Below are positions 26,079 through 42,320 of a stretch of DNA of 64,000 nucleotides, piece after piece. Origin of the DNA: Eledone cirrhosa (Eukaryota); contig OZ024743.1 of the NCBI GenBank assembly GCA_964016885.1, positions 303,242,001 to 303,306,000 of the forward strand, written 5' to 3'. Below the pieces are notes generated by a model. The model did not search any database. It saw only the letters and a program-made list of their open reading frames with translations, and was not told the DNA's origin. Position 1 is the stretch's first letter; each line of letters opens with the position of its first letter. Both the position numbers and the translations under genes were made by a program.

Positions 26079-26148
26079 TTTTAAACTTAATAAGCGTTTA
26101 GTTAAGTGTACCTTGTTTTAAACTTAATAAGCGTTTAGTTAAGTGTAC
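26079..26148 (+). repeat. 33-bp direct duplication
   Basis: TTTTAAACTTAATAAGCGTTTAGTTAAGTGTAC occurs twice, 37 bp apart. Confidence 0.85.
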
Positions 26149-26399
26149 TTGTGCCAGTAGAGTATTTTGTGGTGAAAGTTAAAACCCTACGGGGTTTGTC
26201 GGCCAGAAAACATTTATTTATCTACTATGTTTTCATTGTAAAAGACAACCACAGAGACTACGTCATATTAACGTAACTTCGATACTGTTAATTTAATGAG
26301 AGAGACTCGAGGAATGAGCATATTATGCTGTCGGCTGTCAACAAACAGACGATAATGAAAATTAAGTGGTAAAAACCGTATTTATACAATAGAAAATGC

Positions 26400-26720
26400 A
26401 AGAATTTTTTTGTCAATAATCAACAGCATCAACAACAAAAAGAAAAGAAACCTTAACAACGATAATAACAAACGCATCAACGACAACAGCACCAACGACA
26501 GCACCACCAACAAAAACAACAATGTAAACAACCATAAGACAAGCACCAGCAATATCAGCAACATCAACAGCAACCACAAAAAAATGACATTAACATAACC
26601 AGCAACGGCAGCAACAACAACAACATAAACAATAACAACAACAAAGCGAACAACAGCAACAAGAAAACATTCGCTGCCACGGCAACTAATAAAAGGGCAT
26701 GATTTGCAATGGACCTAATT
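26400..26720 (+). mobile_element. Possible 5' fragment (ORF1 N-terminus) of a Tx1-like element; (AAC)-rich
   Basis: AAC-rich tract ending AAAACATTCGCTGCCACGGC, similar to CACATTCGCTTCACACGGC at ~6263 in the old Tx1 copy. Confidence 0.35.
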
Positions 26721-29477
26721 TATAAGGTCATCTCTAACTGGTTCGGTGACTCAATGGTTGAAACACCTTTCCCCTCCCCGTTGACACATAATATGGAAAT
26801 CGTATTAAAAATTCAAATATCTGCTTTCTGTCAAGTTAAATTATATAAGTTATCGAAACTGACTCTGTTATTACCATCCATGTACTAGTGTAACAACCAT
26901 ATACAGTGAGTAAAAAAAAAAGGCTTAGATGGAATTTGTTAGTGACCACGTTAACCTATTTGCTGTGCGAACATACGCAGAAAATCACCTGATTAGAAAT
27001 TGGCATATCAAACTAAATTATGGTATGCGAAGCCAAATATGAATTTTCTAGAAAGCTGCCACAAATCAGCAACTAAAAATCGAAATTTTGCCTTGAAAGG
27101 ACGGAAAATCATGAGCTGGCTATAAAGGACAATATTTGATTACGTGCAAATAATTGCAAAGAAATCTTTTGGCGTAACAAGAGGTAACTGTCCTGTTCAC
27201 ATAATTCACAACACCGATTTAACGTTTTGGACATTGACATTGATGATGGGTTTAATTAATATGTTTCGTAAATTAGGTATTATTTATGTAAATGGGAGAT
27301 GGTTTTCTCTTCTACGCTCACATAATCTGATATTTCAATATTAGATTTTAAATTTGATATAGAGAGAAATTAGAAACAAACCTTCCGAAGAATGGCTCGT
27401 AGAAGCTGAGCTATATATCACCTTGCGCATCACAATATTCGGCTCATACCTTCCGTAGTAGCTCACATATTCACGTTTATTTGATGTTTACGAGATTACA
27501 TAGTCTCGTTGATTACATAGGAAAGACTTGGAAATATATAGTTTCATTGGATCTTATCACATCATAGAAAATCTGGTTGAACTGAAGACAAGTACGCAGA
27601 AAATTGCGAAGAGGTACGCAGTATATCTTTACCATGACTCCCCAATGCTTTCTGGAATCGTTGATTGAGCATCTACGAATAATTGAATGTCCAAACGCAG
27701 TTGCCTATCGTTCGAACCTATTTACAATTTCAAACATACATATTTGTGAAACGTCTAGGGACATATATAGAGACAATGTTTGGATCTGAATGAATTAAAC
27801 ATCGAAGCAAGATTTATCGTCGTGAAAGTAAATAAAAAAAACATGAATGTTTAACATCTCCCTGGGAGATTATAATTTAAAAAAAACAAAGGCATTAGGT
27901 ATTGTAGCATAAATGTAACACCCGTAACACCGCTTGGAATGTATTGACATTTGTGAGTTATTTTTGGTGTATAGAACAAGTCTCTGCATTTAATGAGCGT
28001 AAGGTTTTCGATGTTGATATTAAAGTGAAGTTAAGTGATGAATGAATGTTGTGTAGGAGTGTTCTTTAGATGCTTGATAGACATCACATTGAATATAAAA
28101 AATATCCCGCTAGGTGTATTGATAACAACATATGTTAAAAAGTTTGAAATTGAAAACGAACTACCACTTCATTTTGCTGAATTGTTCAGAATAAAATTTA
28201 TTATTTTTATACAATTACCCAAACATTATTCTATGATGTGAGTAAAATTACCTTAACTGCACTTAAATGCGGTTTCAATGTTTCTGTGTATAGAACCAAA
28301 TCAGTCAACAAAGCTGTTAGTATTATAATGGTAATGTTTGTTAGATGTAGTCTCATTATTCCTAATTCTATAAGCGTATGAACAAATACATTTTTTTTAT
28401 TTTAAAACCAAACCGTAAGATAAGTCAGTGTAGGGTACCATTTAATGGATTTTTAAGCACAGGAAATCAAGGGGCTACATGTATTATCTCAATTTACCCA
28501 ATTGTTTACTTGTCAAGAAATGCTAAACCTAAATTAATATATCTAATCTTGTGTTCTCTCACAAAATTTGTGATAACTTAAAAACGATAAAGAAAAACAA
28601 TACTAAAAAATGTTAATAATGTTTAGTGACATAAAGAAGAATATTAAGACAAACTAAAAGTTTCTCGTGATATTTAGTTACCAAATAATTCAATTCAGAG
28701 TTAGAATACTGTTGTGAATATTGTTGTATGTCTCTCATGTATCAAAAGTTCATAAAACTGATTTAATAGGCGTTAAAATCTACCATGGATTTGTTATAGA
28801 AGACATTTTGCTTGTTACTCTTCACTTGTGTTGCTACTGTCTACTTACTGTTTAGATCTCTTACGTAAATTACCTTTAGCTATGATCGATCATGGCGTTG
28901 ATTCTGGATGCAAAGAGAAATTGCATTTTCTTAAGCACAGTTGAATATATAAATATATTTACATTTATTTTGCTTACTCATATTATTTACCACACTTGCG
29001 TGTATAAACTCGTGCACGTCTACGCACTTAAATTACACTCACACACATACACAGGCACGCACAATATAAGCAAAATAATACGCAACTACTTAACTAAGTC
29101 CATGTATATATATATATGTAAATACATACACACACACACACACACACGCAAACACATATACACATGTATGTGTGTATATGTGTGTATGTGTGTGTATGTC
29201 TGTCTGTGTGTATGTTTATGTGTTTGTGCATGGCTCTTATTTAAGTAGTTGCATAATAGTTTTGACATAGTTTCATCAACTATGACCAAATAGGAGTAAT
29301 GCTACCCACAACATTAACATTATTGCCATTCTTGATTCGTGTTTACTATGAAGATGAGTCAAATACATTGGGAGAAAGCTTGACAACACTCGGAGAGATA
29401 TTTTCCCATTTATATTGTGGTAATAGTGAGCTACTTCTATTGCCAGAATAGTCTAGCACACGCCTACGCGCGTACGC

Positions 29478-29562
<85 letters not shown>

Positions 29563-31100
29563 TCCAAATCTCGTATATATTTGTCTTTCTTTTTTATTTC
29601 ACTATCATAACTGCAGCTTTGTGTCAGAACTTTTTCAACGCATCTCTTATGTTCCATGCTACACAATGTTTGCTAATTTTGGAATGCAAACATTGTGCAT
29701 TGCAGACCATACATATTCTCACATTTTTATGTAATGGCGTTGAACAGTGCAATTGTCAGGTGTAGTTAAAAGGCTTCAAGCTAAAACCCAAACAGGTATA
29801 ACAATCTGGATGTCTTCGATATTTTATAATAGACTGCGAAAAGTAGTTCACAATTTATATAAAAATGTTAATGATTATGATGGACTTTTTAGAAAAGCAG
29901 ATGTATAATAACTACACTTTGTAAGTATGGTTTATACCCAATTGATTTCGAACCCTGTCAAATCCCTCTTTACAATCTGGTCAGAAAGAATACAGGGCTA
30001 TATTATCTAATATTATAATATTACTATATTTTTAAAAGTCAATAATGTGTAGCGTGTTGGAAAATGTTATGCTATTGTGCTATTTCAAACATCATGAATG
30101 GCCCTGTTGGCGTTCGTTGAGATGCAGACAAAACAATATTTGACAAGAACCACGGCAAACACGTGCCTAGGACTAATATCTACGGAATATAAAATGCTAC
30201 TTCTACCCATGTAACAAAAAGTAGTAAAATGTAACAAAAAGTAGTAAAACATAGCACAAAACTCTTCCTAATATTTAGTAGCTAACATTATGAATAATCT
30301 ACCCAATAAAGAATGACCTGAAACTATATAAGCGCCTTTATATGTGTGTGTAAATCCCATTATAATACAAATGAATTTGCAGAATCGTTTTAGAGTTTAA
30401 CTGTAGCATTTCATTGATAATAATAACAATGTAAATGAAATATATTTCGAAGTAGACAATACACATATGCTTAAAGAATTATATGAAACGTATCAGAAAA
30501 ATAAGAATCAACTGACGAGATTCAAAACATATTAAAATTGATTTTATTTTTAATGTCAGAGGCGTTTTACGGATAGTTTGCCTGCATGTTTCTTGTTGGT
30601 GCATGAATCTCAAATGTAATGAAGCTTTAAGAGAGACTGTCTAGATTCTTTTTGAAAAGATATATCTATTATATGTTTAAATCTTAATTATTCATCACAT
30701 GTGTCCGTGTGTCTACGTGTGCCAGATTACATTCAACTTACATACAACAAATTATCTCCCTGATAAACCCCGAGTTATATCCCTTTATTCCCCTTATCCA
30801 TTTGTCAACAAAAATTTGATAAATGTTTATACAAACAGTTTTTAACAGATGGGTACATCGCCTGCATTGAAGATAACTCTCTCCTATTAGGAGTGAGATT
30901 CATCCTATTACTGTTGACGTCGCTGAATGAAGGTCCTGTATAAAGGTGCCCCCTCCAATAAACCATTGGTAGCATATTCATGTTAAGTGTATGAAGCTAT
31001 GTTTACACATAATAAATTCTCTTCCAGCAGATCGACCACTGTTTTCCTTGATCCTTGATCTACAGATTACTGCTAACGTATATACATACACACACACACA

Positions 31101-31198
<98 letters not shown>

Positions 31199-31206
31199 TT
31201 ATTATT

Positions 31207-31474
31207 ATTATTAGAAATGTAAGCTATCTCCGTATTTTGACTAAAGCAATTAAAGAAATGATTGAGCCTTATAGTGGGGTTAAGAACCCTCGGAGAAATG
31301 GAAAAAGATGAGTATTGACGTGTACGTCAATACTCATCTTTTTCCATTACTCCGAGGGTTATTAACCCCACTATAAGGCTAAATAATTTCTTTAATTGCT
31401 TTAGTCAAAATACGGCGATAGCTTACATTTCTAATAATTTCAAACCCACTTGCTGTTTTGAAAATATTCTTACT
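31207..31474 (+). mobile_element. 232-bp palindrome with ~36-nt tail between (TA)n tracts; probable inverted PLE end
   Basis: Arms 31207-31321 and 31324-31438 are near-perfect reverse complements. Same architecture as 2219-2392 and 35761-36628 but unrelated sequence. Confidence 0.55.
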
Positions 31475-31487
31475 ATATATATATATA

Positions 31488-33360
31488 ACAAAGGAATTGT
31501 GGTAATGAACTAGATGGACCATAACGCACCAGAGTACTCAATACTTAGGGGAGTAGAGTGGGAAATAGGAGAAAGTATGACCCCCGACGGCAGAGTTCAA
31601 GCCGTTTCGACGGATATTTCTGGACTAAATTTGAATTTTTAGCCTGGTGAATAAATAGCCGAACTTTTCAAGGGGGTACTTCCTTATATGGGAAGATTGT
31701 AGTTGGCAAGAGGATTGGTTAAAATGTGTTGTAAACACAAATAAGGCTATCATGGCATTTGGTGGGAGGTAGGGGTGGCTGAACTTGCCTGTAGAACAAT
31801 AAGGGAGTGACAGGGTGTTCAAGCGTTGAAAGTGATTTGTATACAGCAGATTCTGAGGATAGAGTATGTAGTGTAGCAGGGAGGTTATAGAATAGGTAAA
31901 TCGAAAAAGAGTAGGAGATAATAAAATATAATAGAAAGAAAGAAAAAAAATATATAAAATTAGATAGTGAGAAATAAATAACAAAATCACAATACTATCT
32001 ACAGATTAATAAGTTGAGAATAGAAAAACTTTGTAGAAATTGAGTAGTACCAGAACTGATACAGCATTAAAGGGGTTTAACACGTCTGCTATAAGTAGTT
32101 AGTAAAACGTATTCGGCCAATTCTATCTCAAGTTTGCAGGGTTGGGGCAACTGATGCTACAGAGGCCCGATGGGCTGCATCGGGGTAGGCGAAGGGTAAA
32201 AGCAGACGAGGAAGAATATAGGGGCTGGAAGGACGTGATAGGATGAGACAGGGGGAAGAAGACAAACAGGAAAATAAAAGAAAAGAAAAGAGATACATCT
32301 ACCTAAGTAAGGTGGGGTTTCCCCTAACTTATCCGGCAAGTAGAGGTGTATCAGCCCTTGTCTACCCACCCCCGGTCCATTATAGGGTTTGAGGGCGAGA
32401 AATCCTATGCAATCTGGGTTTGCATGCTGTTACCAGTTCCTCTTTCTTGTTTAGGAGTTGGTCCTTCGAAAACAGCATTGTAATGTTTCCTCCGAGCATA
32501 AGTTACACGGACGGCGTCCTCCCGTGTATGAGTTAGCTTTGGACAGTAAGCTCCAAGCGATATTGTAGGTTATATTATTAATTTTAAGGTCCCAGATGTG
32601 GCACGAAAGTGTAGTGGCATGTCGCCGGACCGGGTTTCGGAAACTATGTCGGTGTTGGTAGAGTCGGGACTTGAAGTCACACGCGTTTAATCATATATAA
32701 GCTTTGTTGGAGGTGTCCGTCCTCACGTTGCACTGGTAGATCACGTTACGTTCTCGGCATCTGTTGTTGAGGGGGCACGTAGATCTATCAGGGCAGTTAC
32801 ACCTCCCTGGTTGGCTCTCCACTGATGTCTAGGTTATTTCTTCCATAAGGGTTGAGAATTTTGTTGTTTGAGGAGACAATGTTTTGTGCGAAGTTAGGTG
32901 TGGCGCTGTAGGAGAGTTTGATAGTGTTTTTGTTGATTATGTTGTGGTAGCGGGATGTTGTAGTGGAAAGTCTTTTTCGAGGAGTCTAAAGAAGATTTTC
33001 CCGATAGGTGTTGTCACCTCAGCATTATGGGGAGGATTGAACCACGTTACGTTGCGTAAGCGGTGCTGTCGTCTGCTGGATCCGCTAAGGGAAGCTGGAT
33101 AAAAAGGATATTTCCTCCCGGAAGCCACTCCGCTTGAGGGCCTGTTTTTAATGAGGCGCGTGTTCGTGGAGTATCTGCTCATTAGCGGACATCGAGATAT
33201 GCGGAGGGATATGTTTTTAACCAGGTTATTGGTGATGTTTCTAGGATGGTTAGAGCGGCGGTGGATGTAGTGCAGGTTGTCGTTTGGTTTCCTGTATGGG
33301 TAGTACAGATCATTTTCGAGGTTAAGGGTAACGTCAAGGAAATTAACTCGGGTTAGGGAC
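31488..33360 (-). mobile_element. 5'-truncated Penelope-like (Naiad-type) element, family A
   Basis: Minus strand encodes RT thumb VNFLDVTLNL..YPYRKPND.LHYIHRRSNHP, linker RNVTWFNPP..IGKIFFRLLEKDFP, GIY-YIG region CNCPDRSTCPLNNRC..VIYQC..AYI*L..FKSRLYQHRHSF and C-terminal CNLC..LLNKKEEL. The 3' UTR has a hammerhead and ends in (TA)n. Confidence 0.9.
31580..31677 (-). ncRNA. Type I hammerhead ribozyme, family A (U3-A8 core variant)
   Basis: ACCCCC-UUGAAAA-G..helix II..C-GAAA-CGGC(loop)GCCG-UC-GGGGGU; helix I 6 bp, GUC triplet. Confidence 0.65.
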
Positions 33361-33826
33361 GTTTGTAGATATAAGCAGACAAAATAATAAATAATGAGAA
33401 AATGGATTTAATAGTAAACCAATATAAATTAAAGACTAACGAAATAAGATTTACCTTTGCTATTCCTACCGAGGAAACGATTTATTTAGAAATATATAGA
33501 TGTTTCTTTTCGGTTGTTGATTTCTGGTTTAGACATTGTATGAATTGTTTGAACTAGATAGAAGAAGCAAACAATTACGTGTATATCTTCAACATTAAAA
33601 TCAATAGTAGCATTCGAAGACTTACTATGCAATTCATTCCATCACAATATAGTACAACGTTTCCTTCTGTTCAATACTAGACGACGATACAAATGTATAT
33701 GAATATGCAAAAGGATAGCCATAATAGGAAAGCTAATGTAGGCAGGAATGCACCGCTTACTAAGGTTTCAATTGTCTCAGTGATATTTTAATCCTCTTCA
33801 GGCTAAATAAATGACTACGGATGTAT

Positions 33827-34523
<697 letters not shown>

Positions 34524-35513
34524 GGAATCAAAGTTATGTTCAAACCCTTTATTAGCTTATAATTGTTTCATCCAAACCGAGGCTTGGTGTCTTCGGACCA
34601 TTTTTTTCAATATTTGTATACATACGTGACCTCCTTTCCAACGCCAGAGACATACAGATACATAAGTATATATTGATGCACAGTGGGGTGACATATATTA
34701 TATTATTTCTGAATGGCAATTTAAATTCAAAAATTAAAATTATATTAATACAGAATCAAAGAAAAATTAAAATTAAAATTAAAATACGACACGGCAGTTA
34801 ACGTAGATAACGCAAGAGGATAGTTTGTTAGTCAGTTGTAGTAGTTATTGTATGCATTATTTACACGTGGAGCATGCACGTGTGTCTTGTTTATATATGA
34901 TTATTGTGCGGCAGTATTCATGAATACTGATATTTACATTATAATGCCTGTTTTATACGAATTGATATTTTTTACATTGATGATACATAGTGTTTTAAAT
35001 CTGCCTCGTTTTTGTCTGGATATTTTTCTTTTTCTTTTCTCTCTATGTAACGGCTGTTTTCTCTCTTAACCACATATATCTCTCGCTACATTGATACTAG
35101 AGCTAAATAAATAAATAAATAAATAAATATATCATTGATACGTCATTCAACTGGTGCACAACTACCTATTTTCTTTCTCTCTATCTCTATCTATATCTAT
35201 CTCTCTATAGTCTCTCTCTCTCTCTCTCCTCTCTTCTCTCTCTCTCTCTATCTATCTCCCTCTGTGTTTTTTCCTCTCTCTATATATCTCTCTCTGTTTC
35301 TTTGCATGCATTTCTTCTCTCTAGCTATCTCTCTATATCTATCTCTCTCTATTTAGTTGCATGCATTTCTTCTTTTTCTCCGTTTTTTCTTTTTTCTTTC
35401 TTTCTTTTTATAACTGTCCCTAATATTTTTTCCACTACCAATTCAACTTTTCAAATTGAAGTCGATGTTGAAAGGTATGTCGAATCTATCTATTTATAAG
35501 ACTGTTTATATTG

Positions 35514-35579
35514 TATTTTGTCTAAGGAAGGGATAGCATATTTTTAATATGATATCCCTGAAATATATATAATGAAATA
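35514..35579 (+). ncRNA. Minimal type I hammerhead, family D, with G5A core mutation (probably inactive)
   Basis: UAUUUUGU-CUAAGGA-AGGGAUAGCAUA..UAUGAUAUCCCU-GAAA-U(AUAU)A-UA-AUGAAAUA; homologous to 57135-57199. Confidence 0.6.
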
Positions 35580-35709
35580 AATATGGTTTTATAAATTTAG
35601 TTTCCATTTATTTAATATCGTAAATATACTCCAAATACTTGTTGAGTGCTTTTATATCAGTTATAAATATTTACTCGTTGTTAACCCAACAATTTAAAGA
35701 AAACTTTGC

Positions 35710-35759
<50 letters not shown>

Positions 35760-35760
35760 T

Positions 35761-36628
35761 GGAACGAGTAGGACCCCGACGGCTGAGCTCAAGCCGTTTC
35801 GACGGCTAATTCTGGACTAAATGAAAATGTTTATCCTGGTAAATGAATAGCCGAGCTTTTCAGGGGGTAATTCCATATATGGTAAAAGAGATTGTTACAA
35901 CGATTGGTCAAAAGTTTGTTTTTGAGACACATAATTCTATCATGGCATTTTGTGGAAGGGAGGGGTAGCTGAACTTGCCAGTAGAAGAAAGAAGGAGAAG
36001 GAGTGGTGGAAACCCAGTCGTGCGTTGAAAGTGACAACTACAGCAGAATCCTAAGGGTATTTGGTGAAGAGAAGTATACTAGAGAGGGGGAGGGGAGAGG
36101 AAGTCGAAACAATAGTAAATTGATATGGAGTAAATATATAGAACAATAAGAGTGTTAAAAAGATGTTTCTATATATTTACTCCATGTAGATTTACTTATT
36201 CTTTCGACTTCCTCCCCCTCCCTCTCTCTAGTATACTTCTCTTGAGCTATTATCCTTAGGATTCTGTGGTAGTTGTCACTTTCAACGCACGACTGGGTTT
36301 CCTCCACTCCCTCTCTCTTTTTCTTCTACTGGCAAGTTCAGCTACGCCTCCCTTCCACAGAATGCCATGATAGAATTATGTGTCTCAACAACAACACTTT
36401 GACCAATCCTAGTGACAATCACATTTACCATATATGGAATTACCCCCTGAGAAGCTCGGCTATTCATTTACCGGGATAAAAATGTTGATTTAGTCCAGAA
36501 TTAGCCGTCGAAACGGTTTGAGCTCAACCATCGTATCCTACTCGTTCCTATTACCCACTCTACTACCTTTAGTATTGAGTACTTCGGTGCGTTATTGTCC
36601 ATCCGGTTCCTTACCACATTTCCTTCGT
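35761..36628 (+). mobile_element. Palindromic PLE family A insertion: ~385-bp inverted arms plus 80-nt tail, in (TA)n
   Basis: 35761-36144 is the reverse complement of 36165-36548. The tail 36549-36628 matches 2313-2392 and 31488-31567. Confidence 0.9.
35773..35868 (-). ncRNA. Type I hammerhead, family A (core CUGAAAA)
   Basis: ACCCC-CUGAAAA-GCUCGGCUA..UAGCCGUC-GAAA-CGGCU(UGAGCUC)AGCCG-UC-GGGGU. The plus-strand mirror copy at 36442-36537 has a decayed helix I. Confidence 0.6.
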
Positions 36629-36669
36629 TATATATATATATGTATATACATATGTGTGTGTGTGTATGT

Positions 36670-36721
<52 letters not shown>

Positions 36722-36807
36722 GTGTGTGTGTGTTTATATATATTTATTAAAATAACAGATATAAGTTTAAGGAAAGAATCGGTGCAAAGAATCTGTGTGG
36801 GTATATG

Positions 36808-36875
<68 letters not shown>

Positions 36876-37966
36876 TGTATGTGTGTGTGTGGGTGTGTGT
36901 GTGTGTGAATGTGTGTATTGCTATAAGATGACGACTAACCACCTTTGAGTATGCGACACTACAATCAATAAATGATGATACAATTAGATTGAAGCTCTCA
37001 ACGTCATTCGTATCCTTTCATATGTAATTTGGTACTCTATTACAGCGTTTACACACAATACTGCTAATTGCTAAGTATAGATGTAGATAGTGTTATTTAA
37101 TATTTTTTGTAACCTATTGTAATCCATATTTGTGTGGCGTTCATTATTACATAATTATGACATCTCGCAACCAACAACACGATTTCATTAGAGAGAATGT
37201 TATGTAATAATGATGTTATGTAAAATGTCCAATGCAATACAAGCTGTGCAGAGGAGGACGGAGGAGATCGCTTCCATGTTCTCAGAGTTCGTCCCTTTAT
37301 ACATTAAAGTTATACTTTGCATTAGTTCGCAGGCGTTGAAGTGGGCGATTGATGTATTCCTCGCTCATCCCCTATCCATTATATTTAGTTTCAAACTTGT
37401 TAAACTTATCGCGCAAGCCTTCCAATCACATATCAAAGTCCCTCAAAATTTAATGAGATGTTTAGCCTTTGATATGACATATACATTGTTATATTTAACC
37501 AAAAACTTATCTTAACTATTGGAGTTTTGTGATGTAGCGGCTGGCAATAGCAGTGATGCCGCCAGTACTAATATATTATGATCAAATGGCCATATGCGTC
37601 ACACACCATCACTACCACTCACATTTAGCATGAAAGTCCACTTCACGCCACATATCGTAAATATATTGATGAACAAAGAAATAATTGAATAAATGAATAA
37701 CTAAATTAATTGAACGATTTTAAAATTAAAAATTATAAGTTTAAACTGTGGTTTATGTGGTGTCTTCCTATGTGAAGTATACCATTTATATGATGTATAA
37801 CAGTATAGTAAAATATGCAAGAGTTGCGCACCAAATGTGAGGATGCCAAATTAATAAGGTAAAGTAACCATATGAGAAATATTGTGTATACAATTTAAAC
37901 GAGTATAAAAAACGGATGTATAGATACGCAAACACTCATAGACAGACACACATACATGCACACATG

Positions 37967-38038
<72 letters not shown>

Positions 38039-38047
38039 AGTGTATAT

Positions 38048-39088
<1,041 letters not shown>

Positions 39089-39605
39089 ACATGTATAAAT
39101 AAATGTTTTGGACGAAACAGGGGACTGTGTGGTTACTTGATAAAGTGTATTTAAACATAAGAGGAAAGCACAAACGGGGGACAATTCCTTCATCAGATGT
39201 CTGCTGGAGATCACGGACATATTCAACGGATTAATACAATATGTATAGCCCCAGTGCGTCAATATCTTTTCGAAGTTATTTTGAAAAAGAAAAGTACAGA
39301 GGAAAAGAATTAAACAGAATGGGAAGAACCGAGCAGAAAAATCTCAGATAACATACAGAAAAAGAGGGTAACACGAAAAACACATCTATGTATATAAGTG
39401 ACAGGAAGAGAGAGAGAGAGTGGGAAGTCAAAACCAGCTACTGAAGATAAATCCGAGGCTATTATGACAGGCTGAACGAATTGGGGCCCAGAGTCCAACG
39501 TAACATGAGGACCGCTTTATGTCACTGTTGTAATTATTGATACTAAACTCGTCCTATGGACTGACTTCTCTTACTCTTTGATATTTCCACTTAACTTTTA
39601 CTTCA

Positions 39606-39640
<35 letters not shown>

Positions 39641-39834
39641 GATAAATCTACCAAGAGTTTACGGTAGTGTCCAATCCGTATGGAGAACTCAATGTAGTCC
39701 GGATATCATGGAAAGAAGAGATGCAATGAAAAATCACTTTCGGTGAAAGATAAACGGAATACAGAGTCAAGATAAAATATTAAAAAAATAATGAATAAAA
39801 CAATGAAACAGTTCCTTATATTAAACAAAAAAAG

Positions 39835-39989
39835 TTCATTATTTAACGATCGTTTCTAGGATATATATGTGTTAGAATTGGCATGCATATTCAACAGATC
39901 TATGTACAAAATTATACGAAATTATACAAACTATCAAGATTAAATATACATACCAAACACACATATATGCCGTCTTCAGAAATAATGAA
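39835..39989 (-). ncRNA. Type I hammerhead, family B (copy 1)
   Basis: UUCAUUAUUU-CUGAAGA-[116 nt]-GAAA-C(GAUC)G-UU-AAAUAAUGAA; 10-bp perfect helix I and palindromic minimal helix III. Confidence 0.75.
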
Positions 39990-40597
39990 ATATATTTATT
40001 GATAATAACAACAATTCAAAATTTCAGGTCCGTTTGGGAACGGAGTTCAAATTGACCAATGAAAATACAAAAAATGTTATGCAGTTTGGTGTGTGTATAT
40101 ACATGTAACTAAATTCGTACACATATTTATACAAAGATATATGCTCATATGCATACGCATGCCAAAAAGATGTATGCAAATACAAAAATTCAAGGCTAAT
40201 GTCTCTGTAAGTTTATAATCCACAGATAAAATGCGTATAGACACATAAATATGAAATAAAAGTATACACATATTCACATACTCACACATATCCGTACACT
40301 CACACACACACGCGCGCATATGCATAAACATACACATAATTACGAACATACACACACACACATACCCCCACACACATATATATGTGGATATAGTATTATC
40401 ATAAGCATATGGATATTAATGCACGCACATAAACACTGCAACACACATTTAGATCAAGATACAGAAATTAGGTGGGAGGGGGGGAGAGGTCAGTATTCAA
40501 CGGTTTCGGCAGACTGCTTATTTATAGATGTATCTATAAACTTAGAAATAAAAAGAAAAGAAAAGAAAAAGAAAAAAGAAAAAAGAAATATATCAAG

Positions 40598-40679
<82 letters not shown>

Positions 40680-40903
40680 TACACATACAACACACACACA
40701 CACACATATATAAACATATACATATATATATACACACATACACACATCCATATATATATATACACACATATATACACATATATACACACACACATATATA
40801 CACACACATATATATATATACACGCACATATACATACACATACATACTTATATACATACAGACATACACATACATACATATATATACACACATATACATA
40901 CAG

Positions 40904-40934
<31 letters not shown>

Positions 40935-41152
40935 TACATACACACACATACATACTCATACATAGACATAGATATATATTCACACACACATACGCACTTA
41001 CATATACGCATATATACAAATACATACGCATCCATATATCCGTATATACATACAAACACGACTACACTCTCACACAACTCAGACATACAAAGAAAAAGGT
41101 ATATACATATACACATATACACATATAAATAGAGATACACATACACATACAC

Positions 41153-41213
<61 letters not shown>

Positions 41214-41376
41214 TATATATATACATATATGTACACACACATACACACACATACATACACACATACACACATACATATATAGTCACACACACACACACAC
41301 CTACACATACATACACATACACATATATAAAGATATATATACACACATACACACACACACATATATAATAAATAAA

Positions 41377-41412
<36 letters not shown>

Positions 41413-42192
41413 CATACACATATACATACATACATACACATACATACGTACATATACACACATATATATACACACATACACATATACATACATACACACA
41501 CACATACACACACACACATACATACTCATACATAGACATAGATATATATTCACACACACATACGCACTTACATATACGCATATATACAAATACATAGGCA
41601 TCCATATATGCGTATATACATACAAACACCACTACACTCTCACACAACTCAGACATACAAAGAAAAAGGTATATACATATACATATATACACACATAAAT
41701 AGAGATACATATACACATATATATATATATATATATATACATACATATATATATATATATATATACATACACACACATACAACCATAAATACACATACAA
41801 ACACATACATACACACATATATACATATTTATACACACACACAAAAACACACATACACACCTTCACATATATATATATATACACATAAGTTATATTATAA
41901 TAATAAATAATATATATATATATACACATACAAATATATATATATACATAGACATACACATATATATACACACACATACACACTCACATATATATGTGCG
42001 CACACGTACACATATACACATACACACATATACACATAAACATATACATGTGCATACATGTACATACACACATATATCCACATAGATACGAAGATACACA
42101 TATATATAGAGAGACATACATATACATACACATATATACACACACATACATACACACATATATATACACACACACATACACGCCCACACACG

Positions 42193-42283
<91 letters not shown>

Positions 42284-42289
42284 GCATAC

Positions 42290-42320
<31 letters not shown>

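Noticed and set aside
27144-27344. GNCPVHIIHNT resembling a hAT transposase CxxH motif
   Set aside because: Single short motif without supporting domains, TIRs or TSD.
32691-32693. In-frame TGA in the family A endonuclease as possible selenocysteine (some Naiads encode selenoproteins)
   Set aside because: It replaces the Gly of the YIG motif (GGA to TGA), not a conserved Cys. The conserved Cys positions read as Cys in families A and B, and no SECIS is evident.
33750-33810. Hammerhead-like CTGAAGA..GAAAC..GTA on the minus strand near (TA)n
   Set aside because: Helices I and II do not pair convincingly.
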